From Podarcis melisellensis (lineage: Eukaryota), in assembly GCA_964234715.1 (NCBI GenBank), contig OZ174282.1: DNA of 64,000 nucleotides. One strand, 5' to 3'. The position numbers and the translations under genes were made by a program. Numbering within the stretch: the stretch's first letter is position 1; each line of letters starts with the position of its first letter. Below are positions 62,001 to 64,000 of this stretch, in pieces. The notes beneath the pieces were generated by a model. The model searched no databases and was not told the DNA's origin. It was given only the letters and a program-made list of their open reading frames with translations.

Positions 62001-62693
62001 ATGCAGCTGGACTCTCCAAAAAGCCCAGTCTCCTCAGCTCACCATTTTCCTGATTAACTGTCTCCTGGTCACCTTGAAACTTCTTCTGCTCCTCATAATA
62101 TTCCAGGACTTCAAAAGGCAGCTTCTCCCCAGGGATGCGAGGAGGCAACAAAAGCATGTTATGGGTGTCATAGCCCTTCAACATCCGCAGAATCTAAAAT
62201 CAAGCAGATATATAAGGATACAAAGAACTGTCTCATGTGGAGTCTGGCCAGTGCTCCATTAAGGCCAGTATAAATGATCCTGAATTGCTGCAGTGTTCGA
62301 CTTGTAGAAGTCAGTTTGCCCATAACCTGTTAGACTTGAGCCCACCATCTGTTGTTGACACTGTACCACACTGTGGTACAACAGTATGATTAGCAGAGTA
62401 TGCACAGCTAGAGTTTGCAGCCTCAGATGGGAGGAAGTGTGCTTGATTCTTACCCGCTCTTCCAACAGATACTGCTGGTCAAATTCCAAGGAGTAGAATT
62501 CAATGGGGAAGCTGCAAGGGTTCTTCACCACCACTTCAGCCTCATCCCCAATGGCGTAAGGCAAGAGGGGCCCAAGTTCCAGAATGGAAGGAGTGAACTC
62601 TAGACGCGGCTCCAGACCTTGCCCAGAGACATTCAGCTGCAGCTGCTGGGTGCTCTGGGAAATGCTCAGAATCAGGTAGTGGCGGTAGGATTT
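6592..62693 (-). CDS. HYDIN: HYDIN (axonemal central-pair protein), last 51 coding exons, about 3,341 aa; 5' part lies outside the window
   Basis: Continuous spliced ORF (10,026 nt) with repeated ASH/PapD-like Ig domains, an adenylate-kinase-like P-loop (GAPLTGKS), a charged helical region and C-terminus ...GVSWVYYLKGITPEK*; adjacency to VAC14 matches known mammalian synteny. Confidence 0.97.
8713..8937 (-). CDS. HYDIN: HYDIN exon 2 from 3' end
   Basis: GVLVFEFQPMRPGE...TEYTTK; AG/GT, phase 0/0. Confidence 0.93.
9293..9482 (+). mobile_element. tRNA-derived CORE/MIR-type SINE
   Basis: tggcatagtggttaaaagtg head and CORE-like ggccttgggccactcac..tctcag; related copies at about 8195-8345, 14024-14186 and 58017-58250. 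Confidence 0.65.
10334..10564 (-). CDS. HYDIN: HYDIN exon 3 from 3' end
   Basis: VTFRNETTQEFLFY...VPAQSE. Confidence 0.93.
11145..11456 (+). mobile_element. L2-type LINE 3' end with AAT/ATT microsatellite tail
   Basis: RAFSVVAPALWNALP...FRRHLKAALFREAF C-terminus, then gaagccgcccagagtggct...ggggtataa and the tail. Confidence 0.85.
11696..11846 (-). CDS. HYDIN: HYDIN exon 4 from 3' end
   Basis: (R)FRVTVDMLKPE...GMYSAK. Confidence 0.93.
12005..12156. mobile_element. Composite Penelope-like insertion (forward arm + 70-bp captured local DNA + inverted arm) flanked by a 14-bp TSD
   Basis: taactgtcttctgt at 11991-12004 and 12157-12170; arms share sequence with the 60316 fragment. Confidence 0.75.
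12362..12382. repeat. (TAC)n microsatellite
   Basis: Direct read. Confidence 0.9.
13455..13618 (-). CDS. HYDIN: HYDIN exon 5 from 3' end
   Basis: GSIFFPLPDGTGLLYLLQGTAEPP...NWLNKPQ(R). Confidence 0.93.
14024..14186 (+). mobile_element. CORE-type SINE, 3' part
   Basis: ggccatgaaaatcactgggtgaccttaggccagtcac...gatataaatgcaataaataaa. Confidence 0.65.
14390..14602 (-). CDS. HYDIN: HYDIN exon 6 from 3' end
   Basis: VVNFTCQVRAKHTQ...NKKDQ. Confidence 0.93.
15257..15374. mobile_element. Same MITE family, partial copy
   Basis: gccctccagatgttttgggactacaactccc...cccaaaacatctggagggccgagtttgcctatgcctg. Confidence 0.75.
15737..15956 (-). CDS. HYDIN: HYDIN exon 7 from 3' end
   Basis: FKWDAKRFKPDFSI...VPQVKE. 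Confidence 0.92.
16654..16934 (-). CDS. HYDIN: HYDIN exon 8 from 3' end
   Basis: VLSMTPCNEITLKPK...NTGDIGV(G). Confidence 0.93.
17520..17650 (+). mobile_element. Old Penelope-like fragment with decayed hammerhead core
   Basis: gcat-CTAATGA-a-gtggac.tgta.gttcac-GTCA-gctta ... atggctacccctctgg. Confidence 0.55.
18767..18925 (-). CDS. HYDIN: HYDIN exon 9 from 3' end
   Basis: IEVAEPHNKVLKFGAV...LQEQK. Confidence 0.93.
19935..20133 (-). CDS. HYDIN: HYDIN exon 10 from 3' end
   Basis: LECLFTNTAYLEV...GKGIEMK. Confidence 0.93.
21657..21826 (-). CDS. HYDIN: HYDIN exon 11 from 3' end
   Basis: ISHGPTFTCLLEGSAVNPSIHFS...TNKDAKDA(S). Confidence 0.92.
22045..22266 (-). CDS. HYDIN: HYDIN exon 12 from 3' end
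   Basis: MQVSDYAQCHFYILNTGKFNF...ELKLQ. Confidence 0.93.
22405..23200 (-). mobile_element. L2-clade LINE internal ORF2 fragment (degenerate; region N-terminal to and entering the RT domain)
   Basis: TCTLDPCSSWL...INASL*EGVVPACLKEA...LKKPSLD...NYRPVNNLPFL...LDLS motifs, with stops and frameshifts. Confidence 0.85.
23752..23959 (-). CDS. HYDIN: HYDIN exon 13 from 3' end
   Basis: LPISILFMPNLEGEVNFNLICDV...ISFQE. Confidence 0.93.
24359..24506 (-). CDS. HYDIN: HYDIN exon 14 from 3' end
   Basis: (G)HEARESIDIINNE...GSIPPHS(R). Confidence 0.92.
24727..24886 (+). mobile_element. Same L2-type family, short 3' end with (AAT)n tail
   Basis: tttagggaagcttttaatgttt...aagccacccagagtggctgggg...ggggtataaataaa, matching the 11145 copy. 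Confidence 0.85.
25145..25310 (-). CDS. HYDIN: HYDIN exon 15 from 3' end
   Basis: VIFEFIPQHLDTTESFW...FRSLLI. Confidence 0.93.
25428..25473. repeat. (CA)n microsatellite
   Basis: Direct read. Confidence 0.95.
26360..26495 (-). CDS. HYDIN: HYDIN exon 16 from 3' end
   Basis: SFAIMNPTNATYSFQW...PEKKVE. Confidence 0.93.
26637..27773 (-). mobile_element. RTE-clade BovB-type LINE, 5'-truncated, RT frame uninterrupted, (CAA)n tail
   Basis: FIDYAKAFDCVDH, GVRQGCILSP and LRYADD RT motifs; C-terminus ...VHGVTKSRTRLND*; tail GACTAAACAACAACAAC; TSD-like ttgcatagt at 26628-26636 and 27809-27817. Confidence 0.95.
28823..29035 (-). CDS. HYDIN: HYDIN exon 17 from 3' end
   Basis: ISNLKPDEEGPVVAVKAKSLLPYCHFELEDS...VRNT(R). 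Confidence 0.93.
29797..30022 (-). CDS. HYDIN: HYDIN exon 18 from 3' end
   Basis: (A)EVPSVASIKTG...QVKFCPQEVGEFEGRLLC(S). Confidence 0.88.
31001..31125 (-). CDS. HYDIN: HYDIN exon 19 from 3' end
   Basis: VELSNTGNVWLEYTWNVV...PEGAT. Confidence 0.9.
31403..31563 (-). CDS. HYDIN: HYDIN exon 20 from 3' end
   Basis: VIETDPEPAHT...FKDTLLFQTRVY(D). Confidence 0.93.
31578..31625. repeat. 16-bp unit x3 (aataggaagcaaccac)
   Basis: Three tandem copies with one mismatch. Confidence 0.9.
31648..31810 (-). mobile_element. CR1-like 3' fragment of a second subfamily (related copy at about 43470-43680, + strand)
   Basis: aagaacgtaagaacagccc..ggatcagg..catctaacccagcatcctg. Confidence 0.5.
32384..32602 (-). 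CDS. HYDIN: HYDIN exon 21 from 3' end
   Basis: VGHLHSGCTKNITVT...PDWDDRLHTVKW...TKKK. Confidence 0.93.
33010..33152 (-). CDS. HYDIN: HYDIN exon 22 from 3' end
   Basis: (A)PRIDCIQFGDCHIG...HFSPQ. Confidence 0.93.
33675..34110 (+). mobile_element. L1/Tx1-like LINE ORF2 C-terminal remnant with AT-rich 3' UTR
   Basis: QWVEYMTTVATYKQIAY...YYDIWKPFIK resembles the W..M....Y....F...W.PF terminus of non-mammalian L1 ORF2. Confidence 0.55.
34350..34601 (-). CDS. HYDIN: HYDIN exon 23 from 3' end
   Basis: (V)RKPHMASLILHNGE...ENIAE. Confidence 0.9.
34865..34976 (-). CDS. HYDIN: HYDIN exon 24 from 3' end
   Basis: LFLNISDENCAFTLKHRP...EPSEG. Confidence 0.9.
36036..36225 (-). CDS. HYDIN: HYDIN exon 25 from 3' end
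   Basis: VVAKSRNLSFEVTGDGNLP...GSILVQ. Confidence 0.93.
36314..36465 (-). CDS. HYDIN: HYDIN exon 26 from 3' end
   Basis: SSFRISDIFELQP...AVDAPP(S). Confidence 0.92.
36567..37015 (-). mobile_element. Same L2-type family, 3' fragment in minus orientation
   Basis: Reverse complement of the 11145 element (gaaggccctctgcctggttcc..., tataccccgtccatctggctggg) with microsatellite tail. Confidence 0.85.
37661..37896 (-). CDS. HYDIN: HYDIN exon 27 from 3' end
   Basis: (G)FVMDDMGSIFEEHRI...KSISSK. Confidence 0.93.
38147..38351 (-). CDS. HYDIN: HYDIN exon 28 from 3' end
   Basis: ARFSLGIFTVSPGFG...DRDPDDNPGGIQYSLLAESCVP. Confidence 0.93.
39364..39484 (-). CDS. HYDIN: HYDIN exon 29 from 3' end
   Basis: PSHEKTSRCSD...QKDVTMVVQ. 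Confidence 0.88.
40082..40320 (-). CDS. HYDIN: HYDIN exon 30 from 3' end
   Basis: VIEPNLCEGGEIIATIPIKV...IPLRK(G). Confidence 0.93.
40924..40966. repeat. (CA)n microsatellite
   Basis: Direct read. Confidence 0.95.
41379..41547 (-). CDS. HYDIN: HYDIN exon 31 from 3' end
   Basis: FVVESTDHGMPNV...PILQCH. Confidence 0.92.
42601..42700 (-). CDS. HYDIN: HYDIN exon 32 from 3' end
   Basis: (G)TNGGVELGNIKVMDE...LKNKGKYEIGY(S). Confidence 0.92.
43888..43987 (-). CDS. HYDIN: HYDIN exon 33 from 3' end
   Basis: VSDVENILGIVQIENIQIIAEAYDVALDISFPK. Confidence 0.93.
44595..44790 (-). mobile_element. CR1 LINE 3'-end fragment interrupted by the MITE
   Basis: catagaatcatagacttagaaggg...atctagtc|MITE|caaccatctgcaatgcaggaat. 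Confidence 0.7.
44639..44761. mobile_element. hAT-type MITE with about 35-bp TIRs
   Basis: caggcatggccaaacttggccctccagatgttttggg ... cccaaaacatctggagggccaagtttggccatgcctg; flanks atctagtc / a-ctagtc. Confidence 0.85.
45584..45782 (-). CDS. HYDIN: HYDIN exon 34 from 3' end
   Basis: KETKPLYLKNFTPLPVAWR...KKAIRLE. Confidence 0.93.
46237..46409 (-). CDS. HYDIN: HYDIN exon 35 from 3' end
   Basis: ELTIWAYPTASG...CCIKENPEP...KLLLH(R). Confidence 0.93.
46499..46658 (-). CDS. HYDIN: HYDIN exon 36 from 3' end
   Basis: YKALRYPNHYEKLTILN...LKPNEKQ. Confidence 0.93.
47115..47234 (-). CDS. HYDIN: HYDIN exon 37 from 3' end
   Basis: IVFPHRVKS...FHFGPLLCGKSRE(K). Confidence 0.93.
48234..48416 (-). CDS. 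HYDIN: HYDIN exon 38 from 3' end
   Basis: LTCFRWTVPANGEV...YPSICQDP(T). Confidence 0.93.
48661..48854 (-). CDS. HYDIN: HYDIN exon 39 from 3' end
   Basis: EEQITPTRGKGKKEK...STEKLS(R). Confidence 0.9.
49314..49344. repeat. (AAAG)n microsatellite
   Basis: Direct read. Confidence 0.9.
50266..50481 (-). CDS. HYDIN: HYDIN exon 40 from 3' end
   Basis: ILNGLGLGPSGPPIPP...LPTVK. Confidence 0.92.
51029..51670 (-). CDS. HYDIN: HYDIN exon 41 from 3' end (642 nt, charged region)
   Basis: NAPVPALKSDG...WDRVQ...KLPDIVQ. Confidence 0.92.
52413..52587 (-). CDS. HYDIN: HYDIN exon 42 from 3' end
   Basis: EQEKLARELEEKK...QQGGKQ. Confidence 0.9.
52979..53011. repeat. (GT)n microsatellite
   Basis: Direct read. 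Confidence 0.95.
53569..53710 (-). CDS. HYDIN: HYDIN exon 43 from 3' end
   Basis: (E)REQQEAIAREKVRLQEMDEEEYDAL...RERKK(R). Confidence 0.9.
54463..54646 (-). CDS. HYDIN: HYDIN exon 44 from 3' end
   Basis: LSDCYRGMVFDGLDTLF...KQEQE. Confidence 0.93.
55608..55745 (-). CDS. HYDIN: HYDIN exon 45 from 3' end
   Basis: IPSSPIPSAPIQRRLS...LPEELLVEILSERMQ. Confidence 0.93.
57307..57530 (-). CDS. HYDIN: HYDIN exon 46 from 3' end
   Basis: (G)TEGQLTLPLNNRLSTEALGKH...QPGSQ. Confidence 0.88.
58017..58250 (-). mobile_element. CORE-type SINE
   Basis: Reverse complement of the 9293/14024 family (caacaaccctgcaaggtaggttaggctgagaga...ccaaggtca). Confidence 0.65.
58392..58565 (-). CDS. HYDIN: HYDIN exon 47 from 3' end
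   Basis: (G)KSSAAITLAKHYSAACLSID...ENEEG. Confidence 0.93.
59278..59448 (-). CDS. HYDIN: HYDIN exon 48 from 3' end
   Basis: GSQQSV...AIARHLGIDISPEGRAARNRRGIAIIIHGAPLT. Confidence 0.93.
60316..60424 (-). mobile_element. Penelope-like terminal fragment
   Basis: caggtaggtagtcgtgttggtctg...ccagtagcaccttagagaccaactaag; tagatt on both sides (60310-60315, 60425-60430). Confidence 0.65.
60570..60764 (-). CDS. HYDIN: HYDIN exon 49 from 3' end (tandem acceptor; alternative start at 60761)
   Basis: (V)EEEENALISD...EEEGTDRGQ; phase 1/1. Confidence 0.85.
61742..61806 (+). mobile_element. CR1 LINE 3'-end fragment (uninterrupted)
   Basis: ttcctgcattgcaggaggttacactaggtgac...ggtcccttccaactctacaattct. Confidence 0.65.
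62043..62193 (-). CDS. HYDIN: HYDIN exon 50 from 3' end
   Basis: ILRMLKGYDTHNMLLLPPRIPGEKLP...NQEN. Confidence 0.93.
62454..62693 (-). CDS. HYDIN: HYDIN exon 51 from 3' end (most 5' exon found in the window)
   Basis: KSYRHYLILSISQS...GQGLEPRLEF...KNPCSFPIEFYSLEFDQQYLLEER. Confidence 0.92.
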
Positions 62694-62723
62694 CTAAGAT
62701 AACAAAAGTTGGAGAGATTATTT

Positions 62724-63152
62724 CACAGAACTGTAGAGATGGAAGGGACACCAAGATTCATCTCATCCAGGGGTAGGCAACCTAAGGCCTGTGGGCTGGA
62801 TGCGGCCCAATCGCCTCCTCAATCCGGCCCACTGATGGTCCGGGAATCAGCGTGTTTTTACATGAGTAGAATGTGTCCTTTTATTTAAAATGCATCTCTG
62901 GGTTATTTGTGGGGCCTACCTGGTGTTTTTACATGAGTAGAATGTGTGCTTTTATTTAAAATGCATCTCTGGATTATTTGTGGGGCATAGGAATTCGTTC
63001 AGCTTTCCTTCAAAACATAGTCTGGCCCACCACATGGTCTGGGACGGTGGACCAGCCCATGGCTGAAAAAGGTTGCTGACCCCTGCTTGTCCAACTCTCT
63101 GCAATGCAGGATTCACAGCTAAAGAATCCCTGACAGATGACCGTCCAACCTC
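62724..63152 (-). mobile_element. CR1 LINE 3'-end fragment interrupted by the hAT element
   Basis: cacagaactgtagagatggaaggg...atctcatc|hAT|...tccaactctctgcaatgcagga. Confidence 0.65.
62768..63085. mobile_element. hAT-Charlie-like non-autonomous element with an internal tandem duplication of about 65 bp
   Basis: Termini caggggtaggcaacct / aggttgctgacccctg; repeat gtgtttttacatgagtagaatgtgt...ttatttgtggggc occurs twice. Confidence 0.8.
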
Positions 63153-63161
63153 TTTTTATAT

Positions 63162-63225
<64 letters not shown>

Positions 63226-63226
63226 A
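63162..63226. repeat. (AAAG)n microsatellite
   Basis: Direct read. Confidence 0.95.
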
Positions 63227-63424
63227 TATAGAAAGGCCCAAGTTTAGCTCTTGCCTAGCAGTCGTAAGAAAACTATGCCCATGGATTCATACTTTTTGCA
63301 TTGTCTTGCTCTACATTTGTGCTCAGCATAGTAATGTCAGCTACCCATCTATTATAATGCTGGGAGTTCTGGCCTCACTCTGTTATAACATTCTCTTCCA
63401 CCACCCATGCAGAAGGCAGCACTT

Positions 63425-63535
63425 GATGTTTGATAACGCGGGCTTTCTCTAGCCCATGAAACCTCCTGCCATGAAATATATATTAGCCTGGAAGGTGTCA
63501 CAAGATTCTTGGTTGTTTTGCTGGGCCAGACCAAG
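63425..63535 (+). mobile_element. Old Penelope-like fragment with decayed hammerhead core
   Basis: TTGATAA-c-gcgggct...agcccat-GAAA, followed by gaaggtgtcacaagattct, resembling the 17520 copy. Confidence 0.45.
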
Positions 63536-64000
63536 ATTCCTCTCATCCCTCATGGCCTGTCATCAGCACTTTTCTTTCACCCTCTAAACTGGAAAAGCCC
63601 TCTTGGCTATCAAGGCTAAAGCTGTTGATACCTTATTTATTTGTTATTTGTCATTTGTAAAATTTCTTACCCATCTTTCACAACAATACAACATGTTGTT
63701 ATTAAAAAACAGATAAAACCATTCCTATTATAAAAACAAGTTAAAGCGCTCCAAATGGAACAGAATAGTCACTTTCTCCCCAACTTGTTCTGGACCTAGC
63801 CTATTCTCGACAGCTTTTATTAACCTCATGTGCTCTATGTTCAATAAGGCCAAGCTCCTTCCCATGTTCTGATCCTTAAGGACTCTGGGTGAGCACACCA
63901 CTGACCTAGCCTTCCATTCCAAAACATCATCGCTTTCAATGTTGTCAATAGCAGGGCTATCAATGTTGGTTCAACTCTAAGAGACTCGTTGACCTGTCTG

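Noticed and set aside
63700-64000. Possible further HYDIN exon at the window end
   Set aside because: No HYDIN-like peptide with a compatible phase-0 donor found
1-64000. CRISPR arrays, operons, rRNA/tRNA genes, U12-type introns
   Set aside because: Vertebrate intron-exon DNA; no repeat-spacer arrays; tRNA-like heads belong to SINEs; all introns are GT-AG and none has the full U12 donor consensus (GTATCCTT)

Overview
Vertebrate genomic DNA, most likely a squamate reptile (lacertid-like lizard, inferred from the repeat content). Two protein-coding genes lie tail-to-head on the minus strand. (1) The 3' part of HYDIN, the central-pair ciliary axoneme protein: I reconstructed 51 coding exons by hand from 62693 to the stop at 6592. 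All introns are GT-AG and all phases are consistent, giving 10,026 nt = 3,341 aa + stop; the gene continues beyond the window end. (2) The 5' end of VAC14, the PIKfyve/FIG4 scaffold: a CpG-island promoter at about 4.2-5.1 kb and exons 1-4 (4512 to 1817); the gene continues beyond position 1. The introns carry a young 5'-truncated RTE/BovB LINE with an open RT frame, L2, CR1 and L1 fragments, CORE-type SINEs, hAT MITEs, Penelope-like fragments (two with decayed hammerhead cores) and microsatellites. I found no convincing new gene system. The most unusual observations are: a TSD-flanked Penelope-like insertion that captured an exact 70-bp copy of DNA from 1 kb away; a templated duplication at the BovB 5' junction; two different hAT MITEs inserted at the same site of two CR1 tails; and an inverted pair of CLEAR-type E-boxes plus a 5-codon uORF in the VAC14 promoter/leader. 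Repeat-family names are from recognition, not from database searches.
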